Assembly: GCA_944390455.1 (NCBI GenBank)
Contig: CALXPU010000007.1
Location: 356 to 64,355 of the forward strand
DNA length: 64,000 nt
Source: an uncultured Alphaproteobacteria bacterium
GTDB lineage: Bacteria > Pseudomonadota > Alphaproteobacteria > RF32 > CAG-239
Direction: 5' to 3'
Part shown: positions 42,136 through 51,891 of the stretch, piece after piece
How positions within the stretch are numbered: position 1 is the stretch's first letter
Layout: each line of letters begins with the position of its first letter
Notes under the pieces: generated by a model
What the model was told of the DNA's origin: nothing
What the model saw: only the letters and a program-made list of their open reading frames with translations
Databases searched by the model: none
Position numbers and translations under genes: made by a program

Positions 42136-42164
42136 ATATAGGGAGTGCTTTTTTGCTAAGCAAT
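42136..42164 (-). promoter_or_regulatory. putative RpoH (sigma32)-type heat-shock promoter for dnaK: aTTGCTt-N15/16-CCTATAT
   Basis: Minus-strand reading ATTGCTTagcaaaaaagcactcCCTATATaag. The -10 matches the alphaproteobacterial sigma32 consensus CYTATNT. Lies 46 nt upstream of dnaK ATG. Confidence 0.4.
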
Positions 42165-42286
42165 AGGGGAAGGCGAAAAAAATGCAAATTTTTTAAAATT
42201 TTTAAAAGACTTAGATGAAAGTTGTGGTGAGGGATGCCATGATTATGTCTGTGATACGTGGTTTGAAATATTTTTGACAAAATATA

Positions 42287-42315
42287 TTGACAAATCAGTT
42301 TTTGTTTTGTATATG
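42287..42315 (+). promoter_or_regulatory. sigma70-like promoter TTGACA-N17-TATATG upstream of flotillin gene
   Basis: Seen in sequence. Embedded in three direct copies of TGACAAAT (42273, 42287, 42322). Confidence 0.4.
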
Positions 42316-42365
42316 TTTTGCTGACAAATAAAATTATTGTTTCACTAAATTAAATTTAAATTTTT

Positions 42366-43889
42366 ATGAATGAGTTTATGACTTATTTACCGTGGATTGG
42401 CATAGCCATTGCGGTAGTGATTGTGTTGTTCATCATTAGATGGATTTTGTCTTTGAGACGAGTAGTAAAACCTTCTGAAGTTCATGTTGTAAGGCGTACG
42501 AAATCAACGGAGATCTATGGACAGCCTAATTCGGACCTTGGCAAAGATGAAACAGCGGGTAATGTTTATTACGAGATTCCAATTTGGATGCCGATTTGGG
42601 GTGTTGAAGTACAGGTTCTGCCTCTTTCAAACTTCTCAGTCAATTTGGAAGATTATGAGGCATATGACAAAGATAAATTGCCATTTGTTGTTGATGTTAC
42701 AGCCTTTTTCCGTATTGCAGATTATCGCCAAGCGGCTTCCCGTATTGAGGATAATGAAACTCTGGAAAGCCATCTGACAAGCATTGTTCAAAGTGCTGTT
42801 CGTTCCATTTTAGCAAATGACACACTGGATCAAATTATGACTCAACGTTCTATTTATGGAGAGAAATTTACCGAAGAGGTGATAGAGAATCTCAAAGAAT
42901 GGGGTATTGTTCCAGTTAAGAGTATTGAGCTCATGGATGTTCGTGACAAAGAAGGCGAAAAGGTTATATCCAATATCATGGAAAAGAAAAAATCTTGTAT
43001 TGATATGGAATCTCGCAAAGAAGTAGCCAAGAATAGACAAGAAGCCCGAGAAGCTGAAATTGCTGCTGAAAAGGCTATTGCTATTAAGGAACAGGAAAAA
43101 GCTGAAGAGGTTGGTAAGCGTACTGCTGATCAAGAAAAAGCTGTCGGTATTGCTCAGGAAAAATCTAAGCAAGAGATTGCAGAGCAAAAGAAAATTACAC
43201 AGGAAAAAGACATGGATGTTATCCAAGTTAAGACTGTGCGTCAGGCTGAGATTGATAAGCAAGAAGTTATTATCAAGGCTAATGCCGGCAAAGATAAACA
43301 ACGTATTGATGCTGAAGCAGGCGTTATTGTTGCCGGACAGCAGAAAGAAGCTCAGAAAATTGAGGCTGAAGCTAAAGTATTGGTGGCTGAACAGAACGAA
43401 AAAGCTGCAACCCATGATGCTCAGGCTGCTTATGTGAAGAAAACTAAGGAAGCTGAAGCTAATTTGGTTGCGACTAAAAAAGAAGCCGAAGGTATTGAAG
43501 CGAAGGGTGCGGCTGAAGCTACAGCTAAAGAAAAACTGGGTAATGCGGAAGTGGCTCCTCAAATTGAATTGGCTAAGGAAATCGGTAATAATGAAGGTTA
43601 TCAGAAGTATTTGATTGAAATCAGAAAAGTTGATGCTATCAAAGAAGTCGGTGTTGAACAGGCTAAGAACTTGGGTAATGCAGATATCAAGATTATTGCC
43701 AATGCCGGAGGTAATTTGAATGAAGGACTTAATTCCGTAATGGAACTCTTCTCTGCTAAAGGTGGACAGAGCTTAGGAGCTATGCTTGAAGCATTGGCAG
43801 GTTCTGAAGCGGGACAGCAGATTCTTAATAAAGTAATTAAAAAAGATGATGCTGACGTTGCAAATACAGGTAAGACTTCTAAGAAATAG
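42366..43889 (+). CDS. SPFH/band-7 flotillin-like protein (YqiK-type)
   Basis: N-terminal TM, SPFH domain (…PFVVDVTAFFRIADY…), then long E/K/A/Q-rich coiled coil. 507 aa. Confidence 0.75.
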   Translation: MNEFMTYLPWIGIAIAVVIVLFIIRWILSLRRVVKPSEVHVVRRTKSTEIYGQPNSDLGKDETAGNVYYEIPIWMPIWGVEVQVLPLSNFSVNLEDYEAYDKDKLPFVVDVTAFFRIADYRQAASRIEDNETLESHLTSIVQSAVRSILANDTLDQIMTQRSIYGEKFTEEVIENLKEWGIVPVKSIELMDVRDKEGEKVISNIMEKKKSCIDMESRKEVAKNRQEAREAEIAAEKAIAIKEQEKAEEVGKRTADQEKAVGIAQEKSKQEIAEQKKITQEKDMDVIQVKTVRQAEIDKQEVIIKANAGKDKQRIDAEAGVIVAGQQKEAQKIEAEAKVLVAEQNEKAATHDAQAAYVKKTKEAEANLVATKKEAEGIEAKGAAEATAKEKLGNAEVAPQIELAKEIGNNEGYQKYLIEIRKVDAIKEVGVEQAKNLGNADIKIIANAGGNLNEGLNSVMELFSAKGGQSLGAMLEALAGSEAGQQILNKVIKKDDADVANTGKTSKK

Positions 43890-43974
43890 GAGTTACGTCT
43901 AAACTAAAGGAAAGGAGCGATTTTATCGCTCCTTTTTTGTTTTGATTTTGTATGGATTTTTCCCATCTATATGG

Positions 43975-45009
43975 TTAAATTGTCGGGTTGCCTTGGTTAT
44001 CAAAGTAACTCATTAAGCCTTTGCGACATAGTTCTTTATATATCGGGCGAGCTAGTTTTAATTCTTCAATTACAGTTTTCGGTTCACAATTCGGACTGAT
44101 ATCTGCAATCTTGATTTTTCCGTTTTTTATTGTTTTGATAACCGCACTTGGGAGTTGTGATTTACCAATACATGAAGATAAATAAACATAGCATGCATCA
44201 TTGTCTTCAAGATATTTTATTGCCAATTTACGAGCATATAAATTTAAGGTTAAATCTGCCTTACTTGGATCTTTCGTCCACGGAGAACCGCCACCGATGG
44301 GGCAGGCTGTGGAGTAGAAATCGCAAGCTAATTTTCTGCCGGTAATGCCACAATCAGCAATAGATGAATGACACTTATAGCACCCTGTGCCGTTGATGAT
44401 TAAATTTTGTGGTTTTTGTTCTAATACATTTATGATAAATGTACTCAAATCCTCAGGCTCAAGCATTGGAATAGCGGCAATGGCTGTTATAATTTTGCCT
44501 TGTTCATTTAGGGTTATCTGGGTTTTTATATCTAAGCCTAGATTTTCAGAAGTTTGAGCTTTTTCATAAAGGGCATGATTTAGTTTTTGGGCCAGATAAA
44601 GTTCTTGATTGATTAATCCTTGGCTCTTTTCTGCATAGCCCACAAATACGCCTTGATCTCCCCAACCGTTTGCGTCAATGCCTTGACCTATTTCTTCTGA
44701 TTGAGCACTGATGAGGTTGGTTACTTTTATCTGATTGATGTCAATAGCGTTTGTTTGCCAAATTTGGCTGTATTCTTCATCATAGCCGATTTCACGCAGA
44801 GCCTGTTTGGCTATATCGGTTAAATTTCCGATTTTAACTTTACCGCTTACTTCTCCGCCGAAGATGATGTTGTTATTCTTGACCATTACTTCTACGGCGT
44901 AACGTACTTTTTTATCTTGTTTTAGACATTCGTCCAGAAGGTAGCTTGAAAGAAAATCGGCAATTTTATCCGGGTGTCCTAGGGACACATATTCCGCAGT
45001 TCTGTTCAT
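43975..45009 (-). CDS. metK: S-adenosylmethionine synthetase, short divergent form
   Basis: GHPDKIADFLS…GWGDQGVFVGYA…DCGITGRK…GGGSPWTKDPSKAD align with the MetK motifs GHPDKI / GAGDQG / DCGLTGRK / GGGAFSGKDPSKVD. 344 aa (shorter than typical). Confidence 0.75.
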   Translation of the reverse strand: MNRTAEYVSLGHPDKIADFLSSYLLDECLKQDKKVRYAVEVMVKNNNIIFGGEVSGKVKIGNLTDIAKQALREIGYDEEYSQIWQTNAIDINQIKVTNLISAQSEEIGQGIDANGWGDQGVFVGYAEKSQGLINQELYLAQKLNHALYEKAQTSENLGLDIKTQITLNEQGKIITAIAAIPMLEPEDLSTFIINVLEQKPQNLIINGTGCYKCHSSIADCGITGRKLACDFYSTACPIGGGSPWTKDPSKADLTLNLYARKLAIKYLEDNDACYVYLSSCIGKSQLPSAVIKTIKNGKIKIADISPNCEPKTVIEELKLARPIYKELCRKGLMSYFDNQGNPTI

Positions 45010-45107
45010 TTTAGTTCTCCTTGTTTAGTCCTATCAGGTGTCGGACAAGTTAGGTTAAATCCACACAAAGTGATATATCAAATATCACTTTCAGCGTGAT
45101 TAAAAAC

Positions 45108-45833
45108 CTATTGCGGATGTTTGTCAAGCGCTTTGCGGGTAAAAGTTTCTTTTTCTTCTTCCGGTACGACAATACCACAGGATACGACATATTTTAAAGC
45201 GTCTTCTACGCTCATCTTTAGTTTTATGACATCTTCTGCCGGTACGATAATTAAAAAGCCAGAAGTTGGGTTTGGTGTTGTGGGAACAAAGATGCTTAAC
45301 ATTTTTTTGTTGTGTAATTTATGTGCCAATTCTCCGGTGGTGTCTCCGGCGAGGAAGCCGATTATCCAGATGCCTTTGCGAGGATATTCCAACAATACGG
45401 CTTCTTTGAAAGATTTTGATTTTTGGGAGAAAATGGTTTCAAAGAGTTGTTTTAATAGTGAGTAAATGCTTGAAATTAAAGGCATCTTTGAAACAATGTA
45501 ATCACCTAAGCGTACGAAGAATCCGCCAATAAACCCAGTGGTAAACATGCCGATTACTATTAAAACGGCAATTAAAATGATTACGCCAACTCCAGGGATA
45601 TATGGAATTAATTCGTGGGCTACAACTTGGGGCGGAATTAATGCGCGTGTCCATTTATCCATCCAAATGAATAATTCGTATGCCATGTAAAAAGTGATAG
45701 TTACAGGGGCGGTTACTAAAATACCCGTGAATAGATAGGTTTTTAGTTTGGATATTACATATCCAAAAAAGCTTGGCTTATTTTGTTTTTGTTCAATGGT
45801 TTTACGCAGTTTTTTGATTTGAGATTTTTTCAT
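45108..45833 (-). CDS. DUF502-family membrane protein
   Basis: Two TM regions plus …FVPTTPNPTSGFLIIVP…, characteristic of DUF502. Confidence 0.6.
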   Translation of the reverse strand: MKKSQIKKLRKTIEQKQNKPSFFGYVISKLKTYLFTGILVTAPVTITFYMAYELFIWMDKWTRALIPPQVVAHELIPYIPGVGVIILIAVLIVIGMFTTGFIGGFFVRLGDYIVSKMPLISSIYSLLKQLFETIFSQKSKSFKEAVLLEYPRKGIWIIGFLAGDTTGELAHKLHNKKMLSIFVPTTPNPTSGFLIIVPAEDVIKLKMSVEDALKYVVSCGIVVPEEEKETFTRKALDKHPQ

Positions 45834-47599
45834 CTTGCCCTCTTAATGTCGGTAATCATAAATTGCAACGTGGTGCGATTGTTCCAATGGTTAAAGCGTA
45901 AGTTGCCGACAACATCATAACAATCGTGATGCTTGCTTAAAATTTCTTTGCCCATTTCTGTATCGGCAATCTTAAAAGCAATGGCGGTTAAACGTTCTTT
46001 GGTTAAAGTGCTCAGCTCGCATTTGATATGTCCGCTTCCAATGATGTATGGTTTTTCAAAATATACATTGCGGATGAGGATTAAGGGTTCTGGATTGCCG
46101 GTGCCGAACGGTTTTAGTTTCTCTAATTCTTCACATAGATTATTGTTCGCTGCGGTTAAACTTAGACTTAAATCTATGTTTAAGATAGGATGCGGTTTTG
46201 TGTTGTTCAAAACTTTGGCTATATATTCTCCGGCGAATTGCTCAAATTGAGGAATTTGCTCTTCTGTTAAAGAGAAACCAGCGGCCATGGTGTGTCCTCC
46301 ACCTTTGGTAATAACGCCTTTTTCTTTGGCGGCGATGATTAATGCTCCTAAATCAATGCCAGGAATCGAGCGCGCTGAGCCTTTGACTTCATCTTCTTCA
46401 ATGCTCATCACAAAAGCCGGTAAATTGTAACGCTCCTTTAATTTTCCGGCGACAATACCAATCACGCCTTGATGCCACCCTCTGTTATAGACAAAAGCCA
46501 TAGGCCAGCTTTGAGGAGTGCCTTCTAATATCTCAATGGATTGTTCTAATACGAAACATTCTATATCTTTGCGCTCTTGGTTGAATGTATTGAGTTCTTC
46601 CGCTAGTTTTTGCGCTTCCAAAGGATTGGTAGAGCAGAGAAGTCTGCTGCCGACACTGGCTTTGCCGACACGGCCTCCAGCGTTTATTCTCGGACCGAGC
46701 ACAAAGCCTAAATGATAAGCATCAGGTTTTTCATTTATACCGGATAAATCGGATAAAGTTTTTAGTCCTAAATTTTGGCGGTTGGACATTATTTTTAAGC
46801 CTTGCGTTACATACGCACGGTTTATTCCCAATAAAGTTACAACATCGCAAACAGTGCCCAAAGCAACTAAATCCAACCATTGCATTAAATTAGGTTCAGG
46901 ATGTTCGGCGGTGTAAAAGTTTTTTTCTCTTAGTAGGCGATTGACGGCGACAATGGTCATAAATACCACGCCTACGGCTGCCATATAGCCAAGATCAGGG
47001 TGTTCGTCGCTTTGGTCTAGTCGTTTAGGGTTAACGACAGCATATACTTTAGGTAGTTTTGTTTCAGCTTCATGGTGGTCAAGGACAATAATTTCAAATT
47101 TTTCGGCACCTCTTTCTAATACATCAAAGGCGGTGGTTCCGCAATCTACGGTAATGACTAAGTCTGCTCCAAAATCTGAAAATTCTTGAAAGGCCAAATC
47201 ACTTGGTCCGTATCCTTCTTCACGCTCAGGAATATGGACGGCTGTTTCTACATTATTATAAGTTAAAAATAGTCTTAAAACAGAAGTAGATGTAGCACCG
47301 TCAACGTCATAATCGCCGATAATGCCGATTTTTTGATGTTTCATGATGGCATCGGCAATACGGCTTGCCGCTTTGTCCATGTCTTTTAAAACGCTGGGGT
47401 TAGGCATGGATGTGGAAAGTTTCGGATTTAGAAAATACGGAGCAGAGGTTGTGTTAATTCCTCGTAACAGCAAGAGTTTACTTAGATTTGGAGATAAACC
47501 TAATTGGCGGCACATTCGTTCGGTTTCACGTTCGTCTGTGTCGGCTATGTTCCAAATGTTGCCTCCTAATGAGAGTTCTTGATTTTCTGCTTCAATCAT
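45830..47599 (-). CDS. recJ: single-stranded-DNA-specific exonuclease RecJ
   Basis: DHH motifs IIGDYDVDGATS, VITVDCG, IVLDHHEAE, then DHHA1 region. 589 aa. Confidence 0.9.
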   Translation of the reverse strand: MIEAENQELSLGGNIWNIADTDERETERMCRQLGLSPNLSKLLLLRGINTTSAPYFLNPKLSTSMPNPSVLKDMDKAASRIADAIMKHQKIGIIGDYDVDGATSTSVLRLFLTYNNVETAVHIPEREEGYGPSDLAFQEFSDFGADLVITVDCGTTAFDVLERGAEKFEIIVLDHHEAETKLPKVYAVVNPKRLDQSDEHPDLGYMAAVGVVFMTIVAVNRLLREKNFYTAEHPEPNLMQWLDLVALGTVCDVVTLLGINRAYVTQGLKIMSNRQNLGLKTLSDLSGINEKPDAYHLGFVLGPRINAGGRVGKASVGSRLLCSTNPLEAQKLAEELNTFNQERKDIECFVLEQSIEILEGTPQSWPMAFVYNRGWHQGVIGIVAGKLKERYNLPAFVMSIEEDEVKGSARSIPGIDLGALIIAAKEKGVITKGGGHTMAAGFSLTEEQIPQFEQFAGEYIAKVLNNTKPHPILNIDLSLSLTAANNNLCEELEKLKPFGTGNPEPLILIRNVYFEKPYIIGSGHIKCELSTLTKERLTAIAFKIADTEMGKEILSKHHDCYDVVGNLRFNHWNNRTTLQFMITDIKRAR

Positions 47600-47679
47600 T
47601 TTCTATCCCTTATTGGTCGGATTTTATGCGAGCTTCTTCTGATTGACAATAAAATTCTTTACCGTGAGGATAATTTTAT

Positions 47680-49296
47680 TTATTCAAAAAATAGCGGTGT
47701 TGATTTTTTTGTTTGTTCGTTTATCCAATTTTGACCACGAATTTTACCATCGTAGCTGAGTGTTAGAATAATTAACTCCGGTGATATATAAATGCTGTTT
47801 GGTGATGGCCATGGTTGAGCTTGTTTGTTGAGATATTGGATAAGAGTTGGCGTGATGGCGATTTGTTTTTCATCAATATAACTCCAATAAACGTCAAAAT
47901 CGGCTGAAACAAATTCTTTCAGATAGTAAAATTGATATGCTTTTGAGGGTAGGTGCCACGGAACATAAGGAGCAGTTAAGGTGTATCCGTCTTTTTTGCT
48001 TAAGTTGGTGTGGTGGTAAAAACGGCTACGGAAATCAGATATTCCACTTTGTACAAACGTATATTTTTCATTTGGGTTGAAATGCGGTTTTTGTTCTAGT
48101 TGTTTTATAATTCTTTCGCTTAAGCGCATTTCTGATTGGTATCCCAGTTGCCAAACTTTGGCGGCAAAGGCTTGTGTGTTAATATTATTGAGGATTAAGA
48201 AAAATCCTGCAAGATAACATAGGTTGCGCATGAAGTTGTTGGGAATAGAACAAAGGATGCTTATAGAAAAAATGTAGATATACATTAAACCGAAAAATTC
48301 AATGCGCGGTTCATACAAAACATGAGCTGTGTTTGGTGTTAAAAACACGGTTAATAAGCTAGAGAAAAGAAGTCCAAGAATGCAGAAAATAAATACGCAT
48401 ATGCTAGATAGTTTTTTGGGAAGATTGTGCCAGAGGGCGATTATGCTTAATAAAAATAAGCATAATCCACAGTATTTATAAAACTTTTCTATAAAACTGG
48501 TTGTAATGAAAAATTGTTGAACCATTGCTTGTAAACAAAAAGCAATTTTGGCGGGAATTTGGGTAATGTCTAATTCTGCCGTATTATATGTAGCGTATTG
48601 AAGATGGTAATGTTTTAGAAGTTGCTGAATAATGATGAATAAAATTCCGCTTAATGCTACGGCGCATATATGCGTGGTATATTTGCGCAAAATACTGGTA
48701 ACTGTTAATTTTTTTAAACATAAGTCTTTAAGGATTAAGCTAAATAAGAGCAAACCGATGAGGTTAACAACCGGAGGATAGCCTCCTAGTGATAGTGTGA
48801 ATAGTATAATGGCGCTTATAAAGCGGATGATATGCTTTTTTTCTAATAAGTAGTATGCATATATAACAGTGCAACTCCAAGATAAGCAACTTAAGGTTAT
48901 AAATGCAAAATATAACCAAGATAAAGTATATGGGGCGGTGGTGGTTAAGGCGCCGATGAGTAAGTATAATTTGGTTTTAGGTGGAATGTTCCATAATTTG
49001 AGGAGCAAAATTGTTCCGATACAAAAAAAGGCTAATGCAGTTAAAAGAGTAAGAACAGGAAGAATTTGTCCGCCGAAAAGTACATTTTGCAGGATAAATT
49101 GTGAGAAACGTCCTTCAAATAGACCGCTTTTGAGAGGGGTGCCTGTTTTTATCCATTCCCAATCGTGATTTCCCCACATAAAGTTAAACAGAAATGGCAG
49201 ATAGGCTATGAGGCTGATTAAATAGAGTTTTAATGCGCTATTTAGGTAAAATGATGTTTCTGTTTTTGCGGTTGATGTGGGGGAAGTGTTTGCCAT
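47680..49296 (-). CDS. polytopic membrane protein, putative GT-C glycosyltransferase (GtrC-like), paralog C
   Basis: About 11 TM. N-terminal FNFMWGNHDWEWIK…SGLFEGRFSQF. C-terminal periplasmic domain with QPWPSPNSIYI. Paralogous to 50331..51890 and 51892..53520. Adjacent to a GtrB-like GT2. Confidence 0.5.
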   Translation of the reverse strand: MANTSPTSTAKTETSFYLNSALKLYLISLIAYLPFLFNFMWGNHDWEWIKTGTPLKSGLFEGRFSQFILQNVLFGGQILPVLTLLTALAFFCIGTILLLKLWNIPPKTKLYLLIGALTTTAPYTLSWLYFAFITLSCLSWSCTVIYAYYLLEKKHIIRFISAIILFTLSLGGYPPVVNLIGLLLFSLILKDLCLKKLTVTSILRKYTTHICAVALSGILFIIIQQLLKHYHLQYATYNTAELDITQIPAKIAFCLQAMVQQFFITTSFIEKFYKYCGLCLFLLSIIALWHNLPKKLSSICVFIFCILGLLFSSLLTVFLTPNTAHVLYEPRIEFFGLMYIYIFSISILCSIPNNFMRNLCYLAGFFLILNNINTQAFAAKVWQLGYQSEMRLSERIIKQLEQKPHFNPNEKYTFVQSGISDFRSRFYHHTNLSKKDGYTLTAPYVPWHLPSKAYQFYYLKEFVSADFDVYWSYIDEKQIAITPTLIQYLNKQAQPWPSPNSIYISPELIILTLSYDGKIRGQNWINEQTKKSTPLFFE

Positions 49297-49298
49297 TT

Positions 49299-50252
49299 TT
49301 AATCCAATTTTTTATCTATGATATAGGTTGGACGATTTTTGACTTCAACGAAGATGCTGGCGATGTATTCGCCGATTATTCCCATGAATAAGATGGTAAT
49401 ACCGCTGAAAAAGGTGATGGTAGACATGAGTGATGCCCAGCCGACAATGGTGGATCCAGTGCAATATCCATAGACGGTCCATATCATCAAGAGGAAACTT
49501 AAGGCGGATATAAGCATGCCGCAAAGTGTGATTAAATGAAGCGGCATGGCTGAAAAACTAGATATTCCTTTTAAGGCAAATAAAATCATTTTTCTTAAAG
49601 GATATTTAGTTTGTCCGGCTTCTCTTTTTTGGCGTTCATAGTATACACAGTCGGATTTGAAACCAACTAACGGAACAATGGCGCGTAAAAAGAGATTTTT
49701 TTCTTTGAATTCTGACATCGCTTCTACGGCACGGCGACTTAATAAACGAAAGTCGGCATGGTTGGCGACCAATTCTACTCCAAGTAATTTCATTAGTTTA
49801 TAAAATAAAATGGCTGAGCTACGTTTAAAAACACTATCTGTATCTCGTTTGTTTCTGACACCATATACAATGTCACATCCATTTTGATATTTTTTTATCA
49901 TGGGTTTGATGGCATTAATATCATCTTGCAGGTCGGCATCTATGGTTATGTATATTTCGGCATCTGTATTGTATAATCCGGCAAGTAAAGCTTCTTGATG
50001 GCCAAAGTTGCGTGATAAACAAATCCCTTTGATATAAGATGATTTTTTGTGGGCTTTTTCAATTAGTTGCCAGGTGCTGTCTTTTGATCCGTCATTTACG
50101 AAAACAATTTGACTGTCTTTGGTGATTAATTCATCTTTTTGTAAATCTTCATATAATTTTGATAGCCTTTTTATACTTTGCGGAAGAACTTCTTCTTCAT
50201 TATAGCAGGGTATTATTAAGGCAAGTTTTGCGGCTTTTTTCATAGGTGTCAC
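49299..50252 (-). CDS. GT2 polyprenyl-phosphate glycosyltransferase (GtrB/ArnC-like)
   Basis: IIPCYNEEEVL…FVNDGSKDST…DADLQDD, with two C-terminal TM helices. 317 aa. Confidence 0.85.
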   Translation of the reverse strand: MTPMKKAAKLALIIPCYNEEEVLPQSIKRLSKLYEDLQKDELITKDSQIVFVNDGSKDSTWQLIEKAHKKSSYIKGICLSRNFGHQEALLAGLYNTDAEIYITIDADLQDDINAIKPMIKKYQNGCDIVYGVRNKRDTDSVFKRSSAILFYKLMKLLGVELVANHADFRLLSRRAVEAMSEFKEKNLFLRAIVPLVGFKSDCVYYERQKREAGQTKYPLRKMILFALKGISSFSAMPLHLITLCGMLISALSFLLMIWTVYGYCTGSTIVGWASLMSTITFFSGITILFMGIIGEYIASIFVEVKNRPTYIIDKKLD

Positions 50253-50330
50253 CCATTAATTTTGTTATAACAATTTAGCTCTTTTGTAGCACAAAACCGT
50301 AAGTTTTTTATTAACAATCTGATTTATTAT

Positions 50331-51890
50331 TTAAGGGCGAAGTGTGCGTAAAATGTTTTTGAAGTCATCTAATCCTATTTGATTATAGACGATGATGATA
50401 ATGTCTTGGTTAACATATACCGAGTTAGGGTGTGGCCATGGTTGGGCTTTATGCATAAAGAAATCATAAACTTCCGGCGTAATGTCTTCGGGGAGCAAGG
50501 GTAATTTATGGTCAATGTAGGTTGTGAGGGTATAAAATTCTAATAAATTGCTGCCTTGCCACATAGCTAAATATGGAATAGTTAAGAGAAAAACATCGTT
50601 AAACTCAAAAGAACCATTGTAGTAGTTGGGGCGTAAAGAGATGTCTCCTACTTGGTAAAAGCGATATTGATGATTTGCATCAAATTGAGGATGATTTTCT
50701 ATTCTTTCAACGACGTTATCTAAAATTTGAAATTCGGCGTCATGTCCCTGTTTCCAAATTTTTAGTGCTTGATAGTCGTTTAAAATATTTAAGCATAGCA
50801 GAAATGCGATAATTATTACTCCGAAACTTTGGTAGATTTTTGGGGTGAGTGTTAATAAAATTCCTGCCACCAAAGCATATAAAAATCCAAAGCCGTAAAA
50901 GTCTATGCGAGATACATATTCAGTGTGCGGTACAACGAGAAAAGTTGTTAATGCGGTTGCCCAAATTGTTCCTATCCAAAAACATAAGATTAGAATTTTT
51001 TTTGTGGCTTTTGATGGGATAAACAGTGTGCCGATAATGGCTATAAACGACATAATCGCTAAACAAAGTTTATATCCAATTTCCATAAAAGGTACAGTGA
51101 TGAAAAATTGTTTAAAAGAAATGCTTATGGTTTGTATAAATTTGTGAGGAAGGTTGTTTAGGCTTTCTGTTTCCAGATTATAGACGTTGTTTGGATTGAG
51201 GATGAAAAGGCTGATTTTGAATAAAATGGCAGCGATTATTATGTTTAAAATCGTAAATTTGTGGATGTGAAATAGTTGCTTTAAGCTTTTTTGTTCAAAA
51301 ACATAGCAGATGATGATTTTTCCACCTAAACATACGAAAAACATGTTGATTATCGGTGGATAGCCCCCTAATGTTAGGTAAAAACAAAGGATGGCTAAGC
51401 AACATAAGCCGAGTTTGTGATGACTGGCATTGATGCGTTCTGATATAAATAATCCCAAAGCGGCCAGTAATGTCCAGAGTAAGCAGCTGATGGTAATAAA
51501 AGTGAAATACATCCAAGATAAAGTATAAGGTTGGGTGGCGACAAAAGATATAAACAAAACGTATCCGATTAGAGATTTTTTTATGTTCCAATATTTGGCC
51601 AGAATCCATAATCCTATGGTTAGAAATGCGAATCCGAGCAGATTGTTTAATATGGGGAGAATCTGACCGGAAGTTAAAAGACGATAGGGGATAAATTGTG
51701 TAAATCTGCCTTCAAAAAGTCCAGATGATAAGAGTAATTCTTCTTTGATGAATTTTACATCATGATTGCCCCACATGAAATTTAAGGTGTGGTATAAAAA
51801 AGCGAAATTGATGATGCCAAAACTAATTAGCCAAGCTTTTAGGTCGGTTTTATCGGGGAGAAGATTTAGCTTTTTTAGAAATTCTTTCAT
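50331..51890 (-). CDS. polytopic membrane protein, putative GT-C glycosyltransferase (GtrC-like), paralog B
   Basis: LNFMWGNHDVKFIK…SGLFEGRFTQF N-terminal block. C-terminal AQPWPHPNSVYV. 519 aa. Confidence 0.5.
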   Translation of the reverse strand: MKEFLKKLNLLPDKTDLKAWLISFGIINFAFLYHTLNFMWGNHDVKFIKEELLLSSGLFEGRFTQFIPYRLLTSGQILPILNNLLGFAFLTIGLWILAKYWNIKKSLIGYVLFISFVATQPYTLSWMYFTFITISCLLWTLLAALGLFISERINASHHKLGLCCLAILCFYLTLGGYPPIINMFFVCLGGKIIICYVFEQKSLKQLFHIHKFTILNIIIAAILFKISLFILNPNNVYNLETESLNNLPHKFIQTISISFKQFFITVPFMEIGYKLCLAIMSFIAIIGTLFIPSKATKKILILCFWIGTIWATALTTFLVVPHTEYVSRIDFYGFGFLYALVAGILLTLTPKIYQSFGVIIIAFLLCLNILNDYQALKIWKQGHDAEFQILDNVVERIENHPQFDANHQYRFYQVGDISLRPNYYNGSFEFNDVFLLTIPYLAMWQGSNLLEFYTLTTYIDHKLPLLPEDITPEVYDFFMHKAQPWPHPNSVYVNQDIIIIVYNQIGLDDFKNILRTLRP

Positions 51891-51891
51891 G

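Noticed and set aside
42810-43562. 250-aa minus-strand ORF rich in F/L/S/N
   Set aside because: Antisense to the E/K/A-rich coiled-coil coding region of the flotillin gene. Low-complexity mirror frame.
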